A stretch of 61,438 nucleotides of DNA, filler included, from Dugesia japonica (lineage: Eukaryota): assembly GCA_001938525.1 (NCBI GenBank). It is 6 parts of 6 records of this genome, joined end to end, with 100 filler letters (N's around TTAATTAATTAA, not from the genome) between each part and the next. Parts side by side here need not be neighbours in the genome. Positions count along the whole stretch, not along the records: positions 18,976 to 29,913 come from MQRL01510461.1; positions 30,014 to 41,054 come from MQRL01181884.1; 4 more parts are not named here. The stretch is one strand, 5' to 3'. How positions within the stretch are numbered: the first letter of the stretch is position 1; each line of letters starts with the position of its first letter. Below the pieces are notes generated by a model that was not told the origin of the DNA, searched no databases, and saw only the letters and a list, made by a program, of their open reading frames with translations. The position numbers and the translations under genes were made by a program. Of this stretch, positions 26,365-39,439 are shown piece after piece.

Positions 26365-26630
26365 TTGACATGTATTTTCTCTTGGCCATCTTAAAAGAGC
26401 AACATGCTATAAAAATAATTACAAGTAAACTTGTAACAAGAACTACTAAAATAATCAAAATTTTAGGAGGTTCCTTTGTAATTAATCCTGGGAAAATAAT
26501 ATATACTTGCTTCATCATATAATTCAAATCATTGTCATCGGGATAATTACAATGATTAGTATTACAACACCTACTTTCAGATTTATCATTTTTACAGGTA
26601 GGTTCATACCAAATTTCTTTTTTATTACAT
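26365..26630 (-). CDS. TGF-beta/activin type I receptor, exon 2 (cysteine box and transmembrane helix)
   Basis: Acceptor ttttag|A TGT joins GG from exon 1 to give ...MGC. CCNTNHCN Cys box, then hydrophobic ILIILVVLVTSLLVIIFIACCSF followed by basic KMAKRK. Donor A|gtaagt. Confidence 0.92.
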
Positions 26631-26675
26631 CTAAAATTAAAATGAAAACAGTTCAAATTTTAATATCTATTTTAC

Positions 26676-27025
26676 CCCATTCCAAAATGCGGAATTCCAT
26701 CTTTGCTGCCAGCAGAAAGGGAAACTGAACAAGATTCAAACTTCTTAGAAATTTTATCCAAGTTGCAGCAATACATATCCTGACTTATTTTACTAGCAAT
26801 TTGAGATTCCAATGCTAAATTCTTTAGCCTTTGATGAATAGAAAGCATATTTTCCAAATGTTTATGCCATTGCTTACGAGCAATAGATGAAACGTTATTA
26901 CATTTAAAGCAGTTGTCATTATTTTTTTGACCTCCATCAAAACATTGAAAATCAATACATTCTATAAACTTATATCCACTTATAAGATTACAACATACGA
27001 TGAAAAAAAGAAAACATTTATACAT
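26676..27025 (-). CDS. TGF-beta/activin type I receptor, exon 1 (signal peptide and Cys-rich ectodomain)
   Basis: MYKCFLFFIVCCNLISG signal-like start and Cys-rich sequence. Donor GG|gtaaaa. The 45-nt intron 26631-26675 restores the frame with exon 2. Confidence 0.88.
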
Positions 27026-27717
27026 TTATAAATTTGTATTAAAAAATGACCTTTATAAATATAAACAACTTAATATATTAAAATATTAAAATAAATTTGT
27101 ATTTTAAATTATGCATTTAATTTGGAACTATATTTCATAATGATTATTTCTTAAAAATATTTATTAAGCAATTTTTAAAATAATTTTATGAAATATTCTG
27201 TCAAGATTACGTAATATTAGTGTAAATTTCTAAGTGTATTATTTACAAAATTTATCAATTGAAGAGAATTTTAAAGATATATAATGCCAGTGTTGAAATA
27301 AATGTATTTAAATGTATTTATTTAAGTAGATATTTTTGTCTTACATTCGATACACTTCCACGATTTAAATTGGTTGTCTTTTATTAGAATGCGTTGATCC
27401 CACTGTTTTGTTTTTCTTTAAAAATTCAACGCTTAAGTGTGAATTAAATTTTGTTTGTTATATTTCTGAGTAATGTTAGAATTAAGATTTTTGATAAAAA
27501 ACAAATAAAAATTTATATTTCCAGTAAAGTGATAAAGCGAGCACATACAAATGTATAGACACAACAGATCATTTCATTGATCATCTTATTTTAGTTAGTA
27601 GCTATTCTCGTTAAACCTTTTAATATTTGCGGTTAAAAACACATCCAATTTATTTTCTTGCTACAGGGCAACCATAAGCTGCTTTAGACATTTCAATCAC
27701 AAAAAAAATTTAACGAA

Positions 27718-27770
27718 TATTACTTAGTATTATTACTTAGTATTACTTAGTATTACTTAGTATTACTTAG
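27718..27770. repeat. 10-bp tandem repeat (TATTACTTAG)n, about five copies
   Basis: Direct reading. Confidence 0.9.
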
Positions 27771-28370
27771 TACATAGTATTTATACTTAAAATTTGAGAT
27801 ATTAGAAGAGTAATGGGGTTTTTAATTCAAGACCATCTTACCCATTTTTCCAAATTAAAAATATGTTGATTTGAAATGAGTAAAAAAGATATTGTTCATG
27901 TAAGAGATGAGCTTGAAATGCGAGAACGTGCATTGTATCTTTATTAATAAAGAACAACGTTTTCAACTATAGTTGATCTGGAGATTCGTCGGAGAAGTTA
28001 AATGCCGTATAGGCTTTGCCTGATTGTCAAAAAATGATCTTCCTGAAAAGTTTATTGGTCGTATTGTTGTCAATGACCAACTGGTTTTTATATACGTCTT
28101 CTATTTTCTATATTAGCTGATTTTTTTTGCTGGACATGGCGTAATAAGACTCAATCGCACCTCTTGGCAATTTAGCGTTCTAATAATAAACCTCGAAACC
28201 AATTGTGACAACGACGTTAGAATCGGGTAGCTGGTTAGGAAGCACTTTATTCAAAAATAAATAATATGGAGAGAAAATGAGTTTACAAAAACTCATATTG
28301 ATTAAAGGAAACTCAAATTAACAATTTAAAGGATTTATTCACAAGCATATAGAAGGAAACACATGTGGAC

Positions 28371-28719
28371 TCAGTTTCGTGTTTGAGTTACATAGTATAA
28401 TAGAAGTGGATCTTAAGGTATCTGATGCTGCAGTTTTAGAATATTGTTAACTAATCGGTTTTACCTCTCTTGCGAGGATCAAATAATCTCAGCAAAGGAC
28501 TCGAGTTGAGCTTTCCATACTGGGAGTGTGAAAGCTCAGCTTCCTCTCTAAATTTCTTACAGCGCTTCTTATAAACTTTGCTCTTAGTCTTTTTAGTCGC
28601 CACATTTGCCTTCCAGTTGCGTTTTGCTTAACGATATAGGTCCTACGTCATCTTTTTGTCCTCGTTATTAGAGTGGGTTTTATTATGGGGTGTGACTGAT
28701 TTAGAGCGATAGCCATTCA
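28371..28719 (-). pseudogene. Orphan cassette gene 'C'
   Basis: tatatag|TG, then NGYRSKSVTPHNKTHSNNEDKKMT*DLYR*AKRNWKANVA...YKKRCKKFREEAELSHSQ/WKAQLESFAEII*SSQER*NRLVNNIL...TQT. Colinear with 60548-60906. Confidence 0.8.
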
Positions 28720-28857
28720 CTATATAGAGAAAGACAATGAATCCAAAAATCTTTCTGTCTAGTTTTTTCTTAATTAGTTGTGCCTTATGTTTAGTTGATT
28801 TAGAAAAACAAAGTTATAAGTTTTAAACTATATTAAAGAACAGCGAAGCAAATCTTG

Positions 28858-29094
28858 TTAGCAGTTTACGAAGTTCTCAGTGGATGATGGAGACGGAGAT
28901 GTAGGGAGACGGGTGTCTAACCACTCGCGTGCTCTTAGCAATTCAATGTTAGTATAAACAGCGCTCTGCTTCATCCGCCCTTCACTGATATTCGTGGTTG
29001 ATTGTAGGCGTATTTTGCAGATCTATGAGGATTCCGGCATCTTGTTGGTTGCGGCCATTTAAATCCTCGTAAATTCTCCATTCATAGTTAGACA
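28858..29094 (-). pseudogene. Orphan cassette gene 'B'
   Basis: ctttgtag|TG, then SNYEWRIYEDLNGRNQQDAGILIDLQNTPTI...DEAERCLY*H*. Matches NRDAGILADRSNLPPV...DFGERRSYQNW at 60018. Confidence 0.75.
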
Positions 29095-29249
29095 CTACAA
29101 AGAACATAAGAGTGATTTAAAATAGTTCATTGAAAATTATAATCTATTTTTCTAGGTTAACATAATAGAGACAATACTTTATAGCAACAAGTTGAACTAT
29201 CTATCATTTATTCTACTTAAATTAAATATCGAAACTTAATAACAATAAT

Positions 29250-29537
29250 TTATTTAAATAGTAAAGCTTTCGTTCCGCGGATAAGCTTCGATTTCCGCAG
29301 TGTATCATGGTTTTGGAGATGAAGGAGGGTCCATGAAAAGAACATATCCGGGGTTCCAAAAGCGAGAAAAATCTTTCTCAAATCTATCACTTGCTTTTTG
29401 GACTTTTTCTCTATCGGCAATAGGTTGGAGTAGTCCATCATAATACCTACACAAAAATTCATAGGGTTGGTTATGGATTTGTCATTCCCATGTCACTCGT
29501 TTAAGGAGTATAATCTCCAAGTTGTGTTGTTGAACAT
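29250..29537 (-). pseudogene. Orphan cassette gene 'A'
   Basis: catttttag acceptor at 29548. ATG 29537 MFNNTTWRLYSLNE*HG... is in frame with ORF 29250..29462. Pattern CVGI...P...VIDL...G...WTLLHL resembles CIGV...P...VLNI...G...FTLICL at 59490-59660. Confidence 0.55.
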
Positions 29538-29913
29538 GATGATTAAACTAAAAATGAAGTAAAAATGAATACTACGAATGTTGGTTAGTTTATGCAATAT
29601 TCAAAACAATATAGGGGTTTTACGAAATTTGTGATCGCAGTGAATATAATAAATGTAGTAAAAGTGCTGAAGACAGTGGTGCTGAATTAACGGAAATCAT
29701 GCTTATAATGATAATGACTTGGGTGACCACAATGATTTTATTAATTTGGAGATAATTAAAATTGATAGTATCAACTAACATGAGGGGTAGATAATCATAA
29801 AAACACTGAATTTCCTATTAGTGACCGCATTGCTAATCCTGTAGTATTAATGTCGCTAAGAATGAAAATTAGTAGCAACAGTAATAGTGGTAAAGATAAT
29901 AGTAATAATTACT

Positions 29914-30013
29914 NNNNNNNNNNNNNNNNNNNNNNNNNNNNNNNNNNNNNNNNNNNNTTAATTAATTAANNNNNNNNNNNNNNNNNNNNNNNNNNNNNNN
30001 NNNNNNNNNNNNN
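29914..30013. other. Artificial contig spacer
   Basis: N44-TTAATTAATTAA-N44. Confidence 0.95.
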
Positions 30014-30279
30014 TTCACCCCAACATATGTATCCTTACATAAGGTGCATGTTATTTTGTAAGTGATATTTTTTTTATTGCATATATTATTTATTTTTTTT
30101 TATTGCATAAAAAAAAATATCACACCAGGTACATGCATGTGTGTATTCATTACGCAATCACTATTATGTAAACAAGATGCTTATGTAATTTCGTCATTAT
30201 TTCAAAAACACTTGGTAATTTTTTAAATATTTTTTTTCAACAATTTTGAGCTAAGTCGCTAGCACACAACGGGTAAGAA

Positions 30280-31830
30280 CCATTGTCAATCTTTGGAATT
30301 CCAGGGATGAGCTGGGCATAAGCATTGATGACCATTAAGATCCCATTGAATTACTTACAGCCAATGATATGTTCATGTTTGTCTAGAGTGGATTCAGAGG
30401 TGGACTTAAATTAGTTAACAAACACTATGTGAAATCGGATGAAGACACTGAGCTTTTTTAAGTCCATATAAATAACTTTTACGGGTGGGAATTAAGACAG
30501 AAATTGTCGTATATGGATTTTCAATGGATTCATAACGGATAAGAGCCAATATTGGACGATTGTAGAAGACTAGATCTAGAGTTATTTTCATATGGGTATA
30601 CAGTAGAAGTTAAAATGAAAATCTCAGACGAGTTGCATGATTATTTAAGTGATTTGCCTGTTGGAGCTGAACTTTAGAGCCCACCAGGAAGTAAGGTAAA
30701 GAAACTGTTATTTACACACAATACCAAACTGAACTATGTAGTGCATTGGCGATTACTACAACTGAACTAGCAACTTGATGTTAGGATTGATAAAATACAT
30801 AGAGCTGTAAAGTTTATAAGAACACTAGATAGCATATTTATACCAATATTATTCTATTAATTATAAATATATTAAGAAATATAGGATCAAACCTTATAAC
30901 GAAAAATATACTTGGATGATAGTGTTATATAAATTTAGCTGCTAAACTCACGCATTGCTGATTTACTTTGGTAAATAATTCCCCAAAGTATATCAACATA
31001 CACAAGATTATATTTTCAAGAAGTATATAGACGTAAATACTGAGCTAAGATCAAAAAGTACATCTGATCTAGAAAAGAATTATTATAAGCATCTAAACAA
31101 TAGCCTCTACGGAAAAACAGTAGAAAATCTAAAGAAACGGATGAATCTCAGATTATGTAATTCAGCTAGGAAGCTCATTACATACGCTTTGAACCCAAGC
31201 TTTAGAAAAATAGTTAAAATAGACCAGGATTTAATTGCGATATTGGTGAATAAGTATACGGTTTGTGTCAATCGTCCTAGCTACATTGGTCAGACAGTGT
31301 TCGACTTGAGTAAGTTAAGAATGTATTAGCTACAATACATAGAGCTTGTAAAATATCGGAAAGAGGTAAAATGTACCATTAATATTGTGGCGGGAGATAC
31401 TGATAGCTTTTTCCTGGAAATGAAAGACATTAGATTGGAAAGATTACTAGAATTGATGATTCAGGAAGAGTTGTTGTGCACTTCAAATTATAGTGCAGAA
31501 CATCCACTTTATAACAACTTGAACTCAGTGTTAGGCTAAATTTAAAGACGAAAGAAAGGGTAAGAAATACAAGGAATAGGTTTTTATGATACCAAAATGT
31601 TACAGTCTCTTCAGCGAAAAGACTAGCATGACGGCTTAAGGGATAACAGTAAAAGATCCCGACTTAACATACCAGTTGTATCTAGATTGTTACAAAAACA
31701 ATCAACTGGTCTCAGTAAACCAATTTAGAATAAGTACAAGAAACCACCAATTGTACAGCATTGACCATCAATGACGATAATAGAGTATGGATACACGAAA
31801 ACACCGGTATTCCATACTGACATTGTAAAT
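30280..31830 (+). pseudogene. Polinton/Maverick protein-primed family B DNA polymerase (polymerase domain), decayed, with an insertion at ~30820-31015
   Basis: Motifs PGMSW, SGFRGG, INNFYGWELRQKL, GYTVEV...LHDYLSDLP, KIHRAVKF, YKHLNNSLYGKTVEN, PSYIGQTVFDLSKLRMY and GDTDS; many stops and frameshifts. Confidence 0.88.
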
Positions 31831-32329
31831 CGACCGCAATAAATAAGATTTCGGATCAACAACAGAATGTACAAGTAATTAATTCATCTTAACTTATTAT
31901 AAATCTATTTTATTATTCAGTAATCAGATGAAGAAGCCAATCAATCGCATGAAGAAACCTATCAAACTGATCGTAATCGAACTGTTTATATTGAACTGAC
32001 TTTGTTAAACTATTTGTAATTTTATGTAAAAAGTGTTTCACTGTGATTTGTATTTTTATGTATTGGTAATATTGTCTGGGAATATCTAATGTTAATCTTA
32101 ATATTCTTTGGGGGCAAATTGAACTTGAACATTAGTTATTTTAACTTAATTTTAACAAAAATAATTAATTTTGCACACACAAAAAATACGAGCAAAAGTT
32201 ATATAATTTCATTGTTCCCGCTAAATACATGTAAAATTAATACACCATTATTACATAATCATATGCACACATTTTATCTATTTTTATCGATCCACTAAAT
32301 ACACGTACAATTCATACACCTCTAAAAGG

Positions 32330-32382
32330 TTTCTATCTCGGGGGCGGGGCAAAGTGATGCCGTCCGCCACTATCTACCTACT
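32330..32382 (+). mobile_element. Candidate Polinton terminus
   Basis: GC-rich ggggcggggc...ccgtccgccac then TATCTACCTACT, i.e. 5'-AGTAGGTAG on the other strand. Lies ~550 bp after pPolB. Polinton termini are AG...CT with short repeats. Confidence 0.55.
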
Positions 32383-33954
32383 ATTATGCATACTTCCATT
32401 TTGATGAATAAACTGAGGAATTATCCAATATTTCAATCGCTGTGTTTTCTAGTCTGTGTAATTGACATTTAAGACTGTAAATGGAATCTTAAATTGCAAT
32501 GTTGACAAAATCAGAGATTCCTGAACTTTCAGAAATTTACCTTGGTCCTTAGTTTAATTATATTTGTCTGTCATTATGTTAGATTTTGAAAGGAGGAACA
32601 GTTGTACTGCTTTTATCATCCGAATGCGCATTTCTTTCAATTTGATTTTATACTTTGATTATTTGGCAGTTTTAAAGACAGTGCATTAGAATATTAGTCA
32701 AATTTAGTTTTTTATTCATAATATTTCTATAAATATAACATAATTCATTTTCAAATTTGTTTCCAACATGTTTATTTTTACTCAATTAGCTATTTTTGGC
32801 ATCGAAGAACCAGTTAATTTACTTGTTATGCGTGATAATTTAACGCCAAAGTGTAGATTTTAACTGCTGTTTTTCGTAACAGAAATATTGTAGAAAATAT
32901 TAAATATTATCTTAGCATAAATTCATCGACCGTCTTTGGGCAAAAAAGATTTTTTAGTCTGATCAGTCTTAAATTTGTTTTTAATTTAAATTCAGGAAAA
33001 GTATTCAAATTTTACAAGTAGACAAAAGGTCATATTTTTATCAGTCCTCTGCTAAAATCCAGAATTAATCCTCTTTTTACAAATTAACTTCTCAACTTTA
33101 TTGTATATATGATATCGTATAATATAATGACAGCCCCTCAGTTTTAATTCATCATCATTTTGTTTTATCCTAATGTATACTGGAAGCATAGCTAAAGATT
33201 TACAATTATAAACATTCATTCTGTAATTAAGTAAATTTCTAGTCTTAATATTTAAANATATTTTAAGAATATCTACTACTTTATTTTATAATTAAAAATT
33301 ATTACTAAACGTATTTACAATTTATTGTTTCACAAATTATAAAAGAAAATAACACTAATACAATTTCTTTACACAGAAAATTTTTGTTAGGCTTCATTTT
33401 ATCTTTTTAGTATTTATGAGTAGATAAAAATTAATAGAAAAATGTAAACTCTTATTGCAGTATAGAGAATTGAACTGAAATTTGTGAATTTGAGAAATTC
33501 GAAAATTCATATAGGAATTAATTGTACATTTTCATCCATTGAATTGTAATATAGACTTTAATATATGTTGAATTACTAAAAATAACAGTAAACAATTTTC
33601 AAAGTCACTTTTATTTGAAATATTTGTAATAATTATAAGTAACTTGTAACTCTAAATACAATCACTTAAAATTAACAAAATATCCCTGAAAATCTAATTT
33701 TGACAGAAAAATAATAAATAAATAAATAAGAATATTTTATACAAGCTCTAAAGCCGCAATCGTCGTTTTATAAATTACCAAATTTAATTAAAATTAAATT
33801 AAAATTAAATTTTATGTTTTAATATTAGGAATTGGCACAAAATTAGGAATTAGTAGCATTAAAAAATGCTATTAATTATTTAGTGTGATTTTTGTGTTCC
33901 AAATTATTTTGCATTTTAACAACACGATAATCAGCAAGATTTGAATTTCAAAAG

Positions 33955-36787
33955 TTTGTTTAATATTACAAATAGTTGATTCAAACAAATCATATTTGTG
34001 ACGCAACACTGCCCCCTGCCAGAATTATGGAGTAATTTCAATATGATCGATTGCTGGCTTCAGGCGTTCTACAGAAACATTTTTATCTTCACCATTGATC
34101 TTTATTTTGAAGATTTTCATATCTGCACTTGGGTTGATTACTTCCGATGGCCCATCATATGGGTAATGTAAACTTCTCGGATTTTCACTTCTTAACCACA
34201 CTTGTTTGCAGTCGTATTATTCAATAGGAAGGAAAGTCTTGCATCTCGGTCTCGGTCGATTTTGATTATCGTTAATTTCTATTTCTTTTTCAACTTCTTC
34301 TGGTGATAGTTCGTCAAAATGAATGTTGATTTTCAGGTCACTTGGAATCTAGATCGTTTAACCAAACACCATATGCGCTGGTAAAACTTCATTATCTAAA
34401 AAGGTTGAATGTCCTAATGCCAGCATTACTTTTGGAAGGTCTTTGCACCATGCAGTGCGCTCTGAGTGCATTTTCAGGGATCTGTGAAATCACTCATTTT
34501 TTCCATTACATTGTGGATGAAATGCCGCGTAGTCCTGTGATCAATACTATTTTTATTAAATATTTCTTGAAATGATGATGAGATAAATTCCTTATCTTGA
34601 TCTGTGATAAGTATGTCGGGACTACCGAATCTGCTGAGCCATTCTCTTTTTAAAGCCGCCATAACTTTTTTAGTTGTTATCTCAGCCAAAGACACTGCTT
34701 CCCTCCACGTAGTGTGCATGTCGATTATAGTCAATAAATATTTTTTACCCATTACATTTGGCAAAGGACCAACAATGTCAACGTGTAGGATTTTAAATCT
34801 TTCCAGATTTGGTAGTGATCCTAAAGTGTCTAGATATTTCGGCTTTTTGGCATTTAAGACATTCTCTTGTCCATCTTGGCCATACATATCATTGTTTGAT
34901 CATCTTTATAGAGTTATTAGCCCCACAGTGCGAGAAGTTGTGTATTCTTTTGAATTTTTCAAATCTGAAGCAACTTGGCAATATTATTCTTTCTAGACCA
35001 TTAGAAACATCAACGATAACATGATTAGCGAAAATTTCTGTTTTAAGTCTTGAATCGATCTGTCGTATTTTTGTACATCAATTAAACGTTCTTTGGAAAG
35101 TTGCAAAATTTTGTGTTCATTTTCATCTTCCGTTATTCTTGACAAAAAATCTGCGACTACATTATCGCTGTCTTTCAGGTTTCGTATTTCAAGTTAGAAT
35201 TGATTGATGTATTCGATCCACCGTTATTGTTTGTTTGATGGATCTTTCATTATTTTCATGTACGTTATTGGTTTTTGGTCTGTGCACAATTCGCACAGAT
35301 TGCCTTCTATTAAATGTTTGAATTGTTTGGTTGCTAGATATATTGCTAAAAGTTCACGATCAAATGTGACATACTTATGTTCTGTCTTGTTCAATTTGTT
35401 TTGAAAAGAATGAGATTGGCTGTAACTTACCGTTGCTGTACATGATTGAGACTGGCTCCAGTGTTGGATGCATCGGTACATAAAAATATTTTTTTGTGAG
35501 TATCGGGAGGTATCATCGTTTTTATCTGATGTAAGTTAGATTTAGCGCTTTGAAATGACATTTCTTGAATTTCTGTCCACTTGAACATTTTTTTATTTTT
35601 GCTGGCTCTAGCAACTAAATCATGTAAAGGAGCTAAAATATCCGATAAATTTTGGATCATTCATATATAGAATGTTAATGTCCCAATAAATCGTTTGAGA
35701 ATTTTTACATTCTGTGGTGTCCGCAAACTTATTATATTCGTTATATTCTCCGGAATTAGTTGAATATCTTTGCTTGAGATTTGAAAACCAAGGAATGTTA
35801 TCCATGATTGATAGTACACACATCTTTCATTGTTGATTCTTAGTTTGGCATTCGTGAGCGTTTCTAAAACCAGTTTTAAATGCTTCTCGTGTTCTTTATC
35901 TGATTTTGAAAAAATCCGGATTTCATCAATGTATGCTATTGCGTAATCTCCGTGATGATTCATCAATTGATACATGTATCTTTGAAAAGTTTTAGATGCA
36001 TTTTTTAAGACAAATGGCATATTTAGGTACTCGTTAAGCTCAAACGGTGTGATTGCTTGATGATGAGGAATTGCTTGATGTTCAGAGCATGCAAAGAACA
36101 ATTACGGGAGAAGATATTTTTAAATGTGTTGAAAAAAGTATACACCAGAACCGCTCTACTAATGGTGGTAAAAACAAGTGTTGACAAAATAAAGGGCTGG
36201 TTGGTTGATTAATAAAAAAAATTATGGCTGCTCAAAACCACTAGTTTTACGTTGCATTATTCATCAACATGGTTTATACGGAAATATTTGGATATGTCAA
36301 AATTATTGAATCCTGTCATATCCAGCGTTAACTTTATTTGATTGCACGTATTAATATTTTTTCTGTATTCAAAGTGTGATTTTTTTATGTTGCTGCATTG
36401 AGTAGTCGATGATCTTCACATGGACGACAATAGTTATCTTTCTTTTTGACTACTACTATTGGTGAAGCCCATTTACTCATACTTAGATTTATCACACCTT
36501 GGCATAGAAGCGTATCAAATTCCGTTTTTACTGCTTTGAGAAGATTTCCAGAAATCTGTCTAGCACGTTGAGCTGCAGGAAATCGAGAAATGACAATATG
36601 TAGTTGAGTTGGCGATGTAGATATTGTTTCGTCATTATTTTCTGTTAGATTTCTGAGTTCCATCATTGTGCGAGTTCCTTGTGCTATTTGTCCTCTTCTT
36701 TGAATTTGATTTTTGTTGCAATGAACAGTGATTTATTACAAGTAGTAATATTATATGATTCAAACAAATCATATTTGTGACACAACA
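33955..36787 (-). mobile_element. Ty3/Gypsy LTR retrotransposon relic (RT, RNase H, integrase; gag deleted)
   Basis: WASPIVVVKKKD, MPFVLKNA, AYIDEI, TDAS, DRELLAI, TDQKPI, HVDIVGPLP, RFGSPDILITDQ and a GPY/F-like tail. Polypurine tract 34009-34022 precedes LTR start TGTTGCGTCAC (34008). A matching 5' LTR start TGTTGTGTCAC is at 36787. The distal end of the 3' LTR was not resolved. Confidence 0.92.
36062..36350 (+). mobile_element. hAT (SPIN/GTF2IRD2-like) transposase fragment embedded in the Gypsy RT
   Basis: EELLDVQSMQRTITGEDIFKCVEK...TNGGKN...KGLVG...CIIHQ...VNFI; no TIRs seen. Confidence 0.75.
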
Positions 36788-39439
36788 ATGATATTTGGCA
36801 ATTATTTTCTTGAACCGTATCTACGAAATCTAACGTAAACTACAGGCTAACTGCATATTTTAATTCTGCTTACAAAATTTCATCACCAATATTATCACTA
36901 AAGTTATGTTATGAAAAAAACGCCTAATATGATTAAAATTTCGTTTGTTTTCCAATAAAACAATTTTATGTTTCAAAGATTTGGCATTTAAGAATAAAAT
37001 TCAAACGTCGGTTTATGCACATTTTGGTAGCAACGCTCCAATCACCACATTTGACGAGTGGCTACTGTGTTAGACACGGTGAGGTAACAAGTATAACTAT
37101 GGTTTGTGTTACATTATTTCTTAAGGCCCCACCCCCCGTAAAATATATAGTAATATGATTTAATATGAGATAATTCCTAAATTTTATCTGTCGAAGTCCC
37201 CTTGCGAAAAAAACTATTAATTCTTTTTTGGACACAAAAAATTTTGTTGATTTTGGGAGATCATTACTCTTAAAATTGAAAAATCATTTGATTTAAAACA
37301 ATTCTCATTTAAGAAAAATAACAATATTACTGTAAATATTTTATATATAACGGACACTACCTAAAGATGAAGGAAATGTCTATTCAAAAATCAGTTCTGA
37401 AAAAAAAGTTTTTGAATAGTAGAATTTCATTATTATATCTATAAAACTCATTTTTTTGTTTTATAAATCTTGATAAAAATCCAAAAACTAACAATGTGAC
37501 CTTTGTTTTTAAAGGTTTTAAAGATATTCTCATAATTTTCTCTCATATTTCCTATAAAAAAATAAAACAAAACAAACAAAAATTTGTTTTTAACCACATT
37601 AAAGGACTTAGAAACTGTTTTCAATTTATTCTCAATGTCCAACATTCAAATGTTTGTCCGGTTTCATCATTATTTATCAACTCTTTGTCGTTTAATAGTC
37701 CCAGAAGGTACAATCATATAAAAAATACATTTAAAACCATACGAGAGTTATGTTTATCTACATTTACCTGTAAGAACTTATGAATAATGTACGTGGATGG
37801 CATAAAAAACATAACTTAACAAAAATCAAAAAAAAGACAAAAATAAGTTGAATAAAATTCACAGCATATATTGAAAACTAAATTAAACTATTTATTAAAA
37901 CGGAAGGGAATTTTATATTTTAATTTATATTTTGCAACAAAGAGTTACCCCACACACAGAGATAATTCGATTGTTCAGGGGTGCAATTGAAAAATGAATT
38001 TTTAAAGAATGCAAATTTAACAATATGGTGACTTTAAGTCTTCTCTCAGGCTTAGTAAACATCCAGTATGGAGTGCAAATAACTTTTGGCCGCCATTTCA
38101 TTATTTCGCACCATTTTTACTGAGAATCATACAGCGAATGAATCCGCTTATAAGAGCAATGAAATGACATTATTAGCTGGCAGAGGTACATTAAGATAAC
38201 TTTAATTTGAATACTTGAATATATTATGTTTATTTAATAACTTTCTTGTTATTTCTACCTGAAATCCATCATTTAAGGTACTTATTGAAAAATTAAAACT
38301 TATGTTATGTGGGGGACATATTAAACTTTTTAAAGCTTACGTGGGGCATGGTACGAGAAAGGTTAGGAAACACTGAATTTACCCTTAGAACCGGATTTTC
38401 CAAATTAAATTTTAAAAATAGCACTGTATTTATTGCAGTAGCCAGGTAAAGGGAAATATTTTAAAAATATTTTTATTTTTTAACTTTTGTTTCAAATAAT
38501 TTGATGTAATAGTAACATACCCATTTGATGATTTTAAGTGACCCATTTGAGTTCTGCTAAAAGTATTTTGTTTTTTTTATATATTTGTACATACGCCTGA
38601 TTACTTGTTGCATTGCTATGACAAGACCACTTATATTGTTATAAGGAACATAAATTTAACCTCACATTGGTGTTTTGGCACTGTCCTGATCTGTCAACAG
38701 GTGGACATTCGCCAATGTCACTTGGACACATATCGTAAACTCTCGATCTTGATCGCCACACGAGAATAATTTTTGAGCTAATTAAAAATAAGCCAGAAAA
38801 AGAGCTTTTATAAAAATAGCAAAAAGAAGATTTTTTTTATTAATGTGTATTTGTAAATACCCAGTGACTCAAATAGTATTCGTAATAGTCATATTTTTTA
38901 CTTTGATAATCGATTGAATATTTTATCTTTTGAAAAATCAAAAAATTAAAATACTTCAACATGAATATTGCATTTGTTTTTCAAACAAAATAGAAATTAA
39001 ATTAAGCTAAAATTTCCACTGAAAATAATTTTCAATTGTCATTGACATGAATTATAAACAAATCAAAAAACTGTTTTGTCGACTATTAAAATAAAATTTC
39101 AATAGTTTTTTTTTCTCAATTAAGAAAAACAACAATGAGATTATTTTCTTTGTGAAGAAGAACTAATTAATTTAATTGATCTCAAATTTATGTTCCTTCT
39201 GATTTGTCTGCAAAGTCTCAATAGTTTCACATAATTATAACGAAAATAACTGAATTTAATTCTTAATTATTTTCAAGCTATATTATTTGCTTTATTACGG
39301 TAAATTGAAATTAAATTAAATTTCAATTTAGAACAATATTAAGAAATTGAATTTTAAGATTTCTTAACTTCTTTGAAAATTCTATTTTAATATTAAAATG
39401 GCTGAATAATTATTTATAATACAAGGCGTGGTTAAATTT

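Noticed and set aside
26489-26507. Possible 19-nt GT-AG micro-intron in receptor exon 2
   Set aside because: Removing it would shift the frame before the transmembrane helix, and the unspliced frame is open.
29250-29462. LRKIFLAFGTPD read as a Gypsy integrase core
   Set aside because: No flanking integrase motifs (no HxD, no SDNG/TDQG). Its position, acceptor and pattern fit cassette gene A better.
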